Assembly: GCA_963575745.1 (NCBI GenBank)
Contig: CAUYUJ010000082.1
Coordinates: 1 to 64,000 of the forward strand
Source of the DNA: Prorocentrum cordatum
Taxonomy: Eukaryota
Direction of reading: 5' to 3'
DNA length: 64,000 nucleotides
This document shows positions 1-12,985 of this stretch, one piece after another (the first letter of the stretch is position 1; each line of letters opens with the position of its first letter). The notes under the pieces are model-generated. The model searched no databases. It saw only the letters and a program-made list of their open reading frames with translations, and was not told where the DNA came from. The position numbers and the translations under genes were made by a program.

Positions 1-99
1 CCCCCCTCCTCTCCTCTCCTCTCCTCTCCTCCGCCCCTCCTCTCCTCCTCCTCTGCCCCCCTCCGTGGGGGGAAGCGCTCCCGCCGCCGCCCCCGGGAG

Positions 100-175
100 G
101 TTCCTCGGCGAGACGCGCGCCGCCTGGGCCGCGGAGCGCCCGAGGGGAGGGCGTGGCGGGCTCGCCTTTGTGGGA
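100..175 (+). CDS. Candidate upstream exon of WD40-repeat host gene (3' boundary uncertain)
   Basis: AG at 98-99 followed by (G)FLGETRAAWAAERPRGGRGGLAFVG, which fits the GFxG..W / hydrophobic strand that precedes the first WD repeat in WDR90/CFAP52/EML-like proteins; no clean donor identified. Confidence 0.35.
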
Positions 176-234
176 GGGCTGGGCGTGTCCAGCGGCCGGA
201 GAGCACCGCACGGGGCGGAGGAGTACTTCGAGAG

Positions 235-830
235 GGGGAGGAGAAATGGAGGAGGAGGAGGAGGAGGAGGAGGAGGAGGAGGAGGAGGAGGAGGGAGGAG
301 GAGGAGGAGGAGGAGGAGGAGGAGGGAGGAGGGAGGAGGAGGGAGGAGGCGGAGGAGGAGGCGGAGGAGGAGGCGGAGGAGACTGCGGCCTTAACTGCAT
401 CCAATCCTCACACCGTCTCAAATAATCACCTTTTGGCTTATCGAATTGAGGCTTCTCTCCGGCTACTTAAGCGACAGAAGAAGACATCTCCAAAGAAAGG
501 GCTAACATAAAAATACGTCTGTACAACGAGCACACTGGTATGGGAACGATGCCAGCAAATGTGGACTTCCTGCACCAACGACAAGCTTAACTTGGATAGC
601 TTGGGCGAATGAACAACTGATACAAAACATAAAACAATCAGAAACAGAAAAACAACGACACACAAAATGCAATAATAACTGAAAAAGAAACGACATAAAC
701 AAGGAGGAGGAGGGAGGAGGAGGAGGAGGAGGAGGAGGCGGAGGAGGCGGAGGAGGAGGAGGGAGGAGGAGGAGGAGAAGGAGGAGGAGGAGGAGGAGGA
801 GGAATGGGGGAGGAGCGAGAGGGGGATGAT
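235..830. repeat. (GAG)n purine microsatellite blocks (235-380, 700-830) around an AT-richer unique stretch
   Basis: Direct reading. Confidence 0.9.
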
Positions 831-858
831 GCGGATGCTGCTGATGCTGCTGCTGATT

Positions 859-925
859 ATTGTTGTGATCTCACGGGTTTCCGATGTATCTTGTGGGCCG
901 CCGCCGTTCTGGTTGCTCAAGTCTT
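859..925 (+). repeat. Split direct repeat A1
   Basis: attgttgtgatctcacgggtttccgatgtatcttgtgggccgccgccgttctggttgctca recurs at 7470-7530 with one mismatch; gtctt continues in both after a further mismatch. Confidence 0.95.
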
Positions 926-930
926 GAGGG

Positions 931-1500
931 ATGTGGGAGAGGCTCACGAACCACGCCGTCACAGGGGTGGTCTCCTATCTCACGAGGTGCCCGCAGGTGC
1001 CATCTTGTCCCGCCTGTCCCGTGTGCTCGTTGGCGTGCGGGTCGCCAGCTCCTTGCCCAGGGTGCTCACTGCAGTGCCCAGCGATCCCGCCGTGCGCGGA
1101 GGTCGCCCCGGCGGTGTGCCCCTCGCCGCCGCCCTGCCCGACGCCGGCGTGCCCGGCGTGTGGGGCCTGCCCCGCGCCAGAGGCCGCGCCCGCGCCCGCG
1201 GGGCCGGAGGCGGCGGCGCCTTCGGCGGCGGCCGTGCTGGCGAGCGACGTCGCCATCGACCTGCGCTCCCTGGCCGCGGGCCTGGTGGGCGGCGCGGTGG
1301 GCTTCCTGCTCGTCGCCGCGTGCGTCGGCTTCTGCTGTGTCGTGCTGCGGAGGGACGCTCGCCCGCGTGTTCGGCATCCTGCTGGCTGCCTCAGTGATGG
1401 CGGCGGTGGCGACGAGTCGCTGGGTGTACGTCTTCTACGCAGGCGAGGTGGTGTGGCACCAGCACTTGAATCTGGGGCGGGTGGCATTGTCCGAGGCTGA
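931..1500 (+). CDS. ORF0: Cys/Pro-rich (CPxC repeats) predicted single-pass membrane protein, 189 aa
   Basis: ATG immediately after repeat A1; CPACP/CPGC motifs; hydrophobic LAAGLVGGAVGFLLVAACVGFCCVVL followed by basic RRDARPRVRH. Confidence 0.6.
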   Translation: MWERLTNHAVTGVVSYLTRCPQVPSCPACPVCSLACGSPAPCPGCSLQCPAIPPCAEVAPAVCPSPPPCPTPACPACGACPAPEAAPAPAGPEAAAPSAAAVLASDVAIDLRSLAAGLVGGAVGFLLVAACVGFCCVVLRRDARPRVRHPAGCLSDGGGGDESLGVRLLRRRGGVAPALESGAGGIVRG

Positions 1501-2620
1501 CCACGTCATCTACACGGCGGACGGCGATCTCTACATCGTCGCGCTGGCCAACAATGCTGATGTGCAGGCGGCGCGTTTCGGTGCCTTCAACCCGCCGCCT
1601 CCAGGGATCGCGGGCAACCAGGTGTATGGGTTCAGAGCCGAGCCGACGGATGCGGAGCTGGCCCAGCTCACCTTGGAGGCGGAGCAGATCGCGACCGCGG
1701 AGTTCCGCACCAGGGCTGCCGCCATCGGCAACCTCGGCCTGCTCACCAACTTGCGGCCGCTGGTCGCGCCTGGAGGAGGAGGAGTGGTGGCCCCCATCGC
1801 GCCCGCGGGCCCTGCTCTGGGCTTGCTGCGCGGAGCTGCCGTGCTCCCCGCTGGTGCGCCTGGAGGTGACCCCGCTGGGGTGTGGAGGGCGGCCGCTTGC
1901 GAGGGTGGATATCGGATTGGCGATGAGGTGCCTGGACACGTGCCCACTGCAGCTCGAGTCCTGGATCGGGACATTCATGTGCTGCCAGACGGCCAGGGCC
2001 TGTTCGTGGAGCTGGTGCCGCCAGCCGCCCTCGAGACTTTCTTGCGCAAGGCTGTAGATGCGGACGCCAGGATCTTGCCCATTGTTCGAGATGGGCAGGA
2101 TCGCCGCGACGTCCCGTGGCACAAGATGGTGGAGATGACCCGCCAGGAGGATTTCGGCTCGGACTGGGCGCTGCCGGGCCCGAGGACGGCGGCGTGGTGC
2201 ATGAGCTACCTGCAGCGGGAGGGCCTCGGCATAGAGGGCCATCACGAGCACTTCAGGCAGATCTGCAAGCTCGCCGCCACGGATTGGGGAGTTCAAGAAC
2301 ACTACCAGCTGTGCCAGCAGATCAAGTCGGCGACCTGCCAGGACCTCCTGGACGGGACGGGCTCCAGACCATCGAGTTTGCCCACTGGGACAAGGCCAAA
2401 GACGCCGAAAGCAAAGGCGTCGGTGGCAAGATGAGTCTGGAGGAGCAGGCCGCTTTCTCTGGGGTTTCACGTTCGACGTCGTCGGTGATGGTATCTCCAG
2501 AGTTGATCGAGCATGTCCGCGGTGACGTTGAGTAGGAAGCGGAGGTACACAAGAGTTTGCGCCTGGCCCGCGAGGAGCGGGAGTCCAGGCGCAAAAATGG
2601 CTGGGCATCAGAGCCGTGCT
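1397..2620 (+). pseudogene. Gag-like ORF of the YR element, disrupted
   Basis: MAAVATSRWVYVFYAGEVVWHQH...LPGPRTAAWC...HHEHF...WGVQEH; protein-like reading shifts frame near 2355 (QTIEFAHWDKAK...VMVSPELIEHVRGDVE), then TAG at 2533-2535 followed in frame by EAEVHKSLRLAREERE; position upstream of RT. Confidence 0.7.
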
Positions 2621-5600
2621 GGCTTCGGAGGGGGGGCCGGCACGTGTACTGCACCCCTCCACCACGGCGACCCGAGTGGGCCCTTCTTCCCTCAGGACGT
2701 CCACGACATTGGCAGGCGTCGGCCCCGGGACATCTTGCCGCTGCCCTACCCCTCGTTCAAAGAGCCGCTGGATAAGGCTTCTATCAAGGAGCTCGCCAGA
2801 GGTACGAGGCAAAGGATTGGGCGAAGGCTTGGTGTCTGCAACGATGTCTATGCATGCGTGGACGCTCTTAATTGGCTTCATGACCCGTCCCTCCGTTGCG
2901 GTCGTGACCGTTCTGCGCGATACGTTGGGCCGTCACTCGCCCAGAGCCAGTGCTTGGCCCACATCTCCGAGTCGGTGCGCAACCTTGGTCCGCCGCCGTC
3001 GACTCTTTCTCCTGCAGAAGCGCTGGTGCAGCTTCGCGTGGCCGGGGGTGCCTACAATGTCGAGCAGTCGCCCCTCGGGAGCTACGACCCCGCGCTCCTC
3101 TCCTTGCCGGACGTCAGTACCGCCCCTGTGCCGCTGGCCGACGTGTGGGGGGAGGGCGGGCAAGCCAAGGTCGAACAGTTCGTTCTGCAGAGCTTGATGG
3201 ATCCGAGCGAGGCCGAAGCCAGGCTGAGGCAGAGCTCTATACCTGTTCCTTACTCTGACCCTCTTCTACGTGATCAGCGGCGCTGGTCCCGTTTTGTTCA
3301 GTTGCTGTATGAGCGGCACCTAGTCGACTTCAGCTTTGAGGACGGCGTTCGAGCCGAGATTTTCTTTGTGAAGAAAAAGGGAGGCCGCCTTCGCATGGTG
3401 GCGGACTGCCGCCGCTCCAACGAGGTGTTCACCGAGCCCCTGGGCGTGCGGCTCGCGACTGGCGACGCCTTCGGGATGCTGGAGATGGCGGCGGACGACT
3501 CTCTCCTGACAGTGGAGGGTGCCGACCTGAAGGACGCCTTCTACCACCTTGAGCTCCCCGAGCAGCTCCGTCCGTGTTTCAGCCTGCGACCTGTGCGCGC
3601 GGGCATCCTGGGCATCAAGGAGGTCGGCGGGGTCGCTGTCGGGGCCTCCACCAAGCTCTACCCGCGCCTCAGGGTCGTGCCCATGGGTTGGTCCTGGGCA
3701 ATGTGGTGGTGTCAGTCGGTGATGGAGCGAGTGGCAGAGGCAGCAGGCTGCGGTGATGACGCGCGACTTCGAGATGTCAGGCCTGCTCCCTCTTTGGACC
3801 CAGCGTGTTACCTTGAGTACGTCGACAACTTCGTGAGCATCGGCTACGACGCGGAGGCGGTTCGGTCCGCTGTGACTCGTGTCATGACGGAGCTCAAGCT
3901 CCGAGGTTCGGTGGTGACCAGGGGGGAGCACCTCGGTGACAGCGAGGGCGAGTATGCGGTGCTGGGTTGGTCCATCACTGCGGCTGGGCGTCTCTCGGCG
4001 TCTGCTTCGAGATTGTGGAGGGTGCGGTTAGCGGTGCGTGGTCTTCTGCGGCGTGGCCGTGCCAGTGGTCGTGATCTCGAGCGCGTGCTGGGCCACATCA
4101 TCTTCGTCACTCTCGCTCGGCGTGAGGGCTTGAGCATCCTCGAGGCGAGTTTCCGCTTCGTCCAGAAGTGCTACCGCCAGCAGGTGCCGCTCTGGTCTCA
4201 GGTCAGGCAGGAGCTCATGGCCTGGGATGGCGTCGCTCCTTTGCTGTGGCGTGATCTCCGTGCTCAGTGGTCGTGTTCCGTCGGCTGCGTTGACGCCTCC
4301 CCTTGGGGGTTGGGCGCCTGCGAGGCTGACTGGGATGTCGGCGCTGTTCGGGAGGTTGGTCGTCATAGCGAGCGGTGGCGCTATGGCAGGGCTGAGCGCT
4401 TGCCTCCTCGTCGCCGGGCCCTTGCCGCTGAATGTGCCGCCGACGGGGTCGCAGCCTGTGACCTAGGGATCGTAGCGGCCCAGCTCGATCCTGGCTGTCC
4501 GGCGGAGGACAGCCAGCCCGTCGGCCCGCCTGTGGAGCGCGACCTGATCGCTTTCCCCGAGGTCTCGAAGAAATACGTGGACAAGTCGTTGTGGCGTGTC
4601 ACGGGACGTCGTAAGTGGGATCGCCTTGAGGGGATGCCTGTTCTCGAAGCTCGGGCGGTCCTGTGCCATGTTCGGCATGCTTTACGGGCCGTTCGGAACC
4701 ATGGGAAGAGGATGCTTGTCCTGGGAGATTCTCTCGCGTCTGTCTCGGCGGCCTCTCGGATGCGGGCCCACAGCCGCACCATGTTGGGGATCATGCGCCG
4801 TATTGGGGCTCTGTCTCTTGAGTCGGGGAGCTCCTTTTGTATTCGGTGGATACCGTCCGAGTATAACGTCGCGGATGGCCCCTCTAGAGGCCGAGGAGAA
4901 CCCAGTCTCCCTTCAGCTGTCATTCTAAAGGAGGGCCTCGGCAATGCCCCGAAGTACAAGGTCGGCCTGGACCCCAAAGAGCACGACCCTCCCCAGGGGC
5001 CCCAACAAGGTAGGCTACTTCGTGACCTAGGTGAGGAAGAAGGAGAGCCCCATAGGGAGCCCGATCAAGAACAGCACGGACCAGCACTACACGGTCCTCA
5101 AGGGCGGGGTCAGCACCAGCACATGCACGAGGAGGTGGGCGAGAAGGTGGTAGAGGAGGAGGAGCGCGGGCACGATGAGGGCCTCGGAGTGGCCTCGCTG
5201 GAGGACGTCTTGGGTGCTCGTGGTCCGCTTCGCTCCGAGCCGCTGACTGGCCCAAGACCTCTACGTATTATTCCATATGTTGTCGGCTCTCTTCCTCGTC
5301 GCCCTCGTCAGCACTCTTCCTGCCATGTCCGCGGGGCTGTTGCAGGGGGACGCTCGCAAGCGACCAGCCGCGGCTGCGACCTTGCCGCCGGCGGGAGCTT
5401 CCCTGGTCCGTGGGGCGCGCAAGGCTGGCTTGCAGTCGCCGGCGCTGCCAGTGCTCCAGGCCTCGCCCGCGAGCCGCCAGGGCTCGAGCGGTGGCCCCAC
5501 GCCGCAGCAGCGGGCTCGGCTGATCCAGCCGCCAGCGGGCATGCCAGTGCTCAACGCGGCATCCGTGCGCACGGCGTCGGGGCGTCAGGCTTATCTCTCG

Positions 5601-7285
5601 ATGCTGGTGGGTTTCGACAACTGGGCGAGACAGCATCGACGGGCTACGCAGGAGCCTGCTCAGATGGACCGAGCGGTCCGCGACTACATCAGCCATCTCT
5701 TCGAGCGGGGGTATCACCAGACCTACGCCAACCGTATGATAGCGGCGGTGGCATGGCGCGATCCGCGCTATGCCAGAACGGGCCAGTTCGAGCTGCCGCT
5801 GTCCAAGCAAGCCGCCAAGTGGTGGCGCAACCTGGCCCCAGCTCGCAGCCGAATGGCCCTTCCGTACGAGGTCGTCGCCATGGTGGTCAACTGCGTGCTC
5901 CATCGGCGCGGCACCCCGGAGGCGCTCGCGATCTGGCTCCTCTTCGAGATCTACGGCCGCCCAGGCGGGGTCCACGGGCTTCGCCTGCAGGGCGCGGTGC
6001 CGCCGGCGCCTTCCGCGTCAGGGGCTCACCGCTACACCTCGGTGACGCTCCATGCGCAGGAGGTCGGCGACGTCTCGAAGACGGGGGAATTCGACGCGGC
6101 GATCCGCCTCGACCTCGAGCGCCAGGCAGGCCTGGCCGCGGGACTGCTGGCGATGGCCGCCGCGCGGCGCCGCGCGGGAGCGCCGCCCTGGGCGCCGCTT
6201 TTTGCAGTCGACCAGCGCAGTGTGGCCAGCGCATGGCGGGGGGCTGTCGCCGCCCTCGGCCTCCGCAAGCTGGGTGCCTGCCGCGTCTACCAGCTCCGCC
6301 ACTCGGGCCCAAGCCACGACTGCGCAGCAGGGCTGTGCGACCTGGAGCAGATCAGGCGGCGTGGGCGCTGGAAGAGCTGGAGCTCAGTCCGCAGGTGCGA
6401 AAAAGGAGGCCGCCTGACCGAGCAGCTGCACAAATTAGGAGGGCCGCAGCGAGAGCACGCGGAGGCCTGCGCGCGCTTGCTGAGCCGTGCGTCGCACGGC
6501 CTGCCCTCAGCGTTAGTGCCAGTTTGCCCGACCCGCCAGTGATCTTAGAGTTGTTCTCTGGCTCAGCAGGATTTTCGAAGGCGGTCGCTCAGCTAGGCAT
6601 GCCAGTTTTGATGTGGGACACTACTCTAGGCGAGAGATACGAACTCGCCCGACCGTGTAGTCGCTCGCTGCTTTTGTCATGGATCCGTGCTGGTCGAATC
6701 AGGGGTTGGCATGCGGGTGTACCTTGCAACGCGCTGACCAGGTGCCGCGATCATGGGGTCGGGGCGCCGCCAGTACGATCCGATCTCCACCTCTTTGGCC
6801 TCCCGAGCCTCCCTCCTCATTTGCAAGCGATTGTCGATGTATCCAACATCCTCAACAGGTTTGTTGCCAATCTCGCTGGTGTTTCACTTTCGTTACGTGT
6901 GCCCTGGAGTATCGAGAACCCTAAGACTTCTCGGCTGTGGCTTTTCCCACGCTACAAAGCCCTAATGCGGCGCCGGGCTGTCTCTTTCCATGTCACCTCT
7001 ATGTGCCAGTGGGGTGCGGCTTGGAAAAAAGATACTGGCCTTCTCCTCGGGGACCTTGACCCGGGGCCGTTCCGTGAGTCGCGGTGCATCGGATCCAGGC
7101 GTGGCATTTGCTCTCGTACGGGTCGTGCTCACGAGCAGCTGCAAGGTTTTTTGCCCTCAGGAGGTTTCCAGACCAAGAGAGGGGCAGAGTATCCTCGAAC
7201 ATTTTGCGTCGCCCTCGCTCGTCTCTTTCGTAATGCCGAGGTCAGAGCTTCCGCAGAGGTCATACAGCGATCGTGTGGTTTGTGA
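2513..7285 (+). CDS. Pol ORF (1590 aa): reverse transcriptase (~3350-3980), RNase H (~4280-4895), linker overlapping the YR gene, C5 cytosine methyltransferase (~6530-7285)
   Basis: RT: FFVKKKGGRLRMVADCR, ADLKDAFY, VPMGWSWA, YVDN. RNase H: VDASPWG, LEARA, LGDS, WIPSEYNVADGPSR. DNMT: ELFSGSAG, AGVPC, IENP, MCQWG..WKK.T, AEYP. Confidence 0.9.
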   Translation: MSAVTLSRKRRYTRVCAWPARSGSPGAKMAGHQSRAGFGGGAGTCTAPLHHGDPSGPFFPQDVHDIGRRRPRDILPLPYPSFKEPLDKASIKELARGTRQRIGRRLGVCNDVYACVDALNWLHDPSLRCGRDRSARYVGPSLAQSQCLAHISESVRNLGPPPSTLSPAEALVQLRVAGGAYNVEQSPLGSYDPALLSLPDVSTAPVPLADVWGEGGQAKVEQFVLQSLMDPSEAEARLRQSSIPVPYSDPLLRDQRRWSRFVQLLYERHLVDFSFEDGVRAEIFFVKKKGGRLRMVADCRRSNEVFTEPLGVRLATGDAFGMLEMAADDSLLTVEGADLKDAFYHLELPEQLRPCFSLRPVRAGILGIKEVGGVAVGASTKLYPRLRVVPMGWSWAMWWCQSVMERVAEAAGCGDDARLRDVRPAPSLDPACYLEYVDNFVSIGYDAEAVRSAVTRVMTELKLRGSVVTRGEHLGDSEGEYAVLGWSITAAGRLSASASRLWRVRLAVRGLLRRGRASGRDLERVLGHIIFVTLARREGLSILEASFRFVQKCYRQQVPLWSQVRQELMAWDGVAPLLWRDLRAQWSCSVGCVDASPWGLGACEADWDVGAVREVGRHSERWRYGRAERLPPRRRALAAECAADGVAACDLGIVAAQLDPGCPAEDSQPVGPPVERDLIAFPEVSKKYVDKSLWRVTGRRKWDRLEGMPVLEARAVLCHVRHALRAVRNHGKRMLVLGDSLASVSAASRMRAHSRTMLGIMRRIGALSLESGSSFCIRWIPSEYNVADGPSRGRGEPSLPSAVILKEGLGNAPKYKVGLDPKEHDPPQGPQQGRLLRDLGEEEGEPHREPDQEQHGPALHGPQGRGQHQHMHEEVGEKVVEEEERGHDEGLGVASLEDVLGARGPLRSEPLTGPRPLRIIPYVVGSLPRRPRQHSSCHVRGAVAGGRSQATSRGCDLAAGGSFPGPWGAQGWLAVAGAASAPGLAREPPGLERWPHAAAAGSADPAASGHASAQRGIRAHGVGASGLSLDAGGFRQLGETASTGYAGACSDGPSGPRLHQPSLRAGVSPDLRQPYDSGGGMARSALCQNGPVRAAAVQASRQVVAQPGPSSQPNGPSVRGRRHGGQLRAPSARHPGGARDLAPLRDLRPPRRGPRASPAGRGAAGAFRVRGSPLHLGDAPCAGGRRRLEDGGIRRGDPPRPRAPGRPGRGTAGDGRRAAPRGSAALGAAFCSRPAQCGQRMAGGCRRPRPPQAGCLPRLPAPPLGPKPRLRSRAVRPGADQAAWALEELELSPQVRKRRPPDRAAAQIRRAAARARGGLRALAEPCVARPALSVSASLPDPPVILELFSGSAGFSKAVAQLGMPVLMWDTTLGERYELARPCSRSLLLSWIRAGRIRGWHAGVPCNALTRCRDHGVGAPPVRSDLHLFGLPSLPPHLQAIVDVSNILNRFVANLAGVSLSLRVPWSIENPKTSRLWLFPRYKALMRRRAVSFHVTSMCQWGAAWKKDTGLLLGDLDPGPFRESRCIGSRRGICSRTGRAHEQLQGFLPSGGFQTKRGAEYPRTFCVALARLFRNAEVRASAEVIQRSCGL
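5277..6542 (+). CDS. Tyrosine recombinase (catalytic Tyr apparently replaced by Cys)
   Basis: YGRPG (Arg 5958-5960), SKTG, YQLRHSG, RRGRW, SSVRRCEK with TGC at 6396-6398 where Tyr is expected. Confidence 0.88.
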   Translation: MLSALFLVALVSTLPAMSAGLLQGDARKRPAAAATLPPAGASLVRGARKAGLQSPALPVLQASPASRQGSSGGPTPQQRARLIQPPAGMPVLNAASVRTASGRQAYLSMLVGFDNWARQHRRATQEPAQMDRAVRDYISHLFERGYHQTYANRMIAAVAWRDPRYARTGQFELPLSKQAAKWWRNLAPARSRMALPYEVVAMVVNCVLHRRGTPEALAIWLLFEIYGRPGGVHGLRLQGAVPPAPSASGAHRYTSVTLHAQEVGDVSKTGEFDAAIRLDLERQAGLAAGLLAMAAARRRAGAPPWAPLFAVDQRSVASAWRGAVAALGLRKLGACRVYQLRHSGPSHDCAAGLCDLEQIRRRGRWKSWSSVRRCEKGGRLTEQLHKLGGPQREHAEACARLLSRASHGLPSALVPVCPTRQ

Positions 7286-7336
7286 GTCTCTTTTCTTCGG
7301 CGGTGCCAGCTTGCTCTGTAAACTCGGGAGCATGTT

Positions 7337-7471
7337 TGGTGTTATGTTCTGGGGTTGAGCTCTCACCCCAGGACTTGAGCTTGCCTGTGCCTCGCTCGGC
7401 GGTCTCGACGGCTGGATTCCGCCCGTGCTCAGTCTCTTGCAGTTGCTGGCAGAAACAAGAGCCCAAAGGAT
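7337..7471 (+). repeat. Split direct repeat B1
   Basis: tggtgttatgttctggggttgagc...agaaacaaga(gc)ccaaaggat repeated at 7585-7717. Confidence 0.95.
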
Positions 7472-7536
7472 TGTCGTGATCTCACGGGTTTCCGATGTAT
7501 CTTGTGGGCCGCCGCCGTTCTGGTTGCTCACGTCTT
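7470..7536 (+). repeat. Split direct repeat A2, abutting B1
   Basis: Copy of 859-925. Confidence 0.95.
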
Positions 7537-7584
7537 CCGCCTCCTCCTCTCCTCCACCGCTTTCTTGTCACTCAGGTGTTATGG

Positions 7585-7717
7585 TGGTGTTATGTTCTGG
7601 GGTTGAGCTCTCACCCCAGGACTTGAGCTTGCCTGTGCCTCGCTCGGCGGTCTCGACGGCTGGATTCCGCCCGTGCTCAGTCTCTTGCAGTTGCTGGCAG
7701 AAACAAGACCAAAGGAT
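7585..7717 (+). repeat. Split direct repeat B2 (right end of element)
   Basis: Copy of 7337-7471 with a 2-bp indel. Confidence 0.95.
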
Positions 7718-10990
<3,273 letters not shown>

Positions 10991-11019
10991 GCAGAAGGCC
11001 AGGGGCTGCTTGGATTCCT

Positions 11020-11400
11020 TGAGGCTTCCTTCGAGGCTCTTTAGGCCGTCTTGGATGTCTCTTGGTGGTCTCGGGGGCCCCTTGGGGTGTCTTGGGTGCC
11101 GTTGAGCGGTGCCTCTTGAGGCCTCTTGGGGCCGTTCAGGCACCTCTTTGGGGCCTCTTCGGAGCCTCTTGGAGCTGTCTTGGGGGCCCTGGAGTCCCTC
11201 TTGAGGTCATCCTGTAGGACATTGATCAAAGAAGGGGGCATCTTGGGCCATCTTGGATGCTCCAGTCGATCGCGGGGCGCCCCGTCCAGGTCCAGGAGGA
11301 GGGGGTAGGAGGAGGGGCCAACCCCTCTCCAACTGGGAAGAGGGGAAGATGGAACAGAACGTGCCCTAAACTACCTACGCCCAGAGGGCTGGTGGGATTA
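11020..11400 (+). repeat. Dispersed degenerate repeat family built on gggccgtcttgg/ggcctcttgg; other copies at ~20200-20450 and ~35530-36200
   Basis: Same short motifs reiterated at three loci. Confidence 0.7.
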
Positions 11401-12454
11401 TGCTTACGCCTGTATTTTTTTCGCTAGTAGCGACGGGTCTCAGCTTCGGCCGCACTGCCTGGCGGAGCACGCCGAGGTCGAGGGGGAGTCGCTCTCCCTC
11501 CGCGCAGCGGGTAGCAGCTCTGGGAGCACGCGTGCGGCGTCCAAGCGAGAGCACGATCTCGCAGAGGAGCTGCTCCATTGTCTGTGCAGCTCGCGGGACA
11601 CGCAAGGCTGTGGAACAACGATATGCAAGGAGGGCTCAAGCGAGAGTCCCGTTTCGACCGCCCTCCATCCGTGCACAAGCGTATGCTTCGAGGGGTTATC
11701 AGGCGAACAATCTGTTTTCACGAGGGTCGCCAGCCATCCGTGTAGCCACTGAGAACTTTAGCCTTGATGTCATACAGCTTGGGGGAGTCGCAGACGAGAG
11801 CCTGACCATGAAAAGGGGGCCGCTCTCTTCTCGTGTACTTATTGAACGCCTGAAACTTTGTTAGTCATCAGTTCTCACGATTCCGTTTGCTGGGGCAGTA
11901 TTATGAAATCGACTTGCCCTCCATCCAAGTAGCTGCGAAGTGTGAGGCTTGTACAATTGAGGGACTGGCACACAGGCGAGAACCATACTTGACAATGAAC
12001 CGCCCTCAAACAGTGAAGAAGTTAGATGCTTCGAATATCAGGGCAGTATGATTTACGGAATTCGCAAGTGGAGCCTATGTGTAGAGAAAAGGCCTTGCTT
12101 GTAATCACGCATGCTCTTCGAAGTTCCAAGCTCCAGGATCATATACTTTGAGGATTTCTCAAGCGAGCCGCCTGGGCCGCTCTAGTATTACGCTTGATTG
12201 TGAGACGAGGAGGCTTTCCACAGAGGGAATAGGTTGAGGATGACGACGATGAGGATTAGTATTCCCAATCCTCTCGTGTTCGGCCATCGTTTTGAATAGA
12301 GCACCGTGGTCTCCATCAGTGCTCCTCCCCCCTCTCCTCCTCCTCCTTCTCCTCCTCCTCCTCCTCATCCTCCTCCTCCTCTTTCCCCGCCCTCCTCCCC
12401 CTCCTCCTCCTCCTCCTCCTCCTTCTCCTCCGCCTCCTTCCCCTCTTCCTCCGA

Positions 12455-12985
12455 AATGCGAACAGTCGCCGCTTTCGAGGGCTGCTTGGGGCTCCAGCAC
12501 AGTGGCTTCCCACGCACATCGTAATGAGACCTCGTCGTCCCTGGGGGATGCGAATTGCGAAACTGTCGCCACTCGAGGGCTGTTGGGGGGTCCAGCATAT
12601 GACGTCCCACGCACATCATAATAAAACCTCGCCGACTTTCGGGGTTGCGAACTGCGAAGATGTCACCACTTTCGAGGGCTGCTGGGGGTCCAACATAGTG
12701 ACGGCCTACGCACATCAGAATGAGACCCCGCCGTCCTTGGGGGTTGCGAACTGCTAAAAGTGTCGCCACTTTCGAGGGCTGTTTGGGGTCCATCGGAGTG
12801 ACGCCATACGCATGCCGGAGTGAGACCTCGCCGTCCCCGGGGTCTGCGAGCTGCGAAACAGTCGGACCGTTCGTGGGCTCCTGGGATGTCCAGCGGGGTG
12901 ACGTCAGACGCGCATTAGGTCAAGACCTCGCTGTTCCTGGGGCCCGCGAGCGGCGAAACAGTCGGCTTTTGCGTGGGCTCCTAGG
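12455..12985. repeat. Diverged ~100-bp minisatellite, 5 full copies plus a partial
   Basis: gtcgcc/gtcgg unit starts at 12465, 12565, 12662, 12762, 12861, 12961; shared ttcgagggctg, cgcacatc, gagacctcgcc and gcgaactgcgaa blocks. Confidence 0.9.

Larger units (their letters stand above)
859..7717 (+). mobile_element. Tyrosine-recombinase retrotransposon (DIRS order, PAT/Ngaro-type split direct repeats) carrying a C5 DNA methyltransferase
   Basis: A1-ORFs-B1-A2-spacer-B2 repeat layout; RT, RNase H, YR and DNMT motifs; GAT/GCT microsatellite on both flanks. Confidence 0.93.

Noticed and set aside
884..1396. N-terminal extension of the gag ORF
   Set aside because: Starts inside repeat A1 and is Arg-rich shadow translation of ORF0; ATG at 1397 is more plausible
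1391..2881. 496-aa antisense ORF, and similar antisense ORFs over the LINE
   Set aside because: Shadow frames of GC-biased coding sequence with no motifs
12455..12985. CRISPR-like array
   Set aside because: The whole unit is alignable between copies; no repeat/spacer alternation
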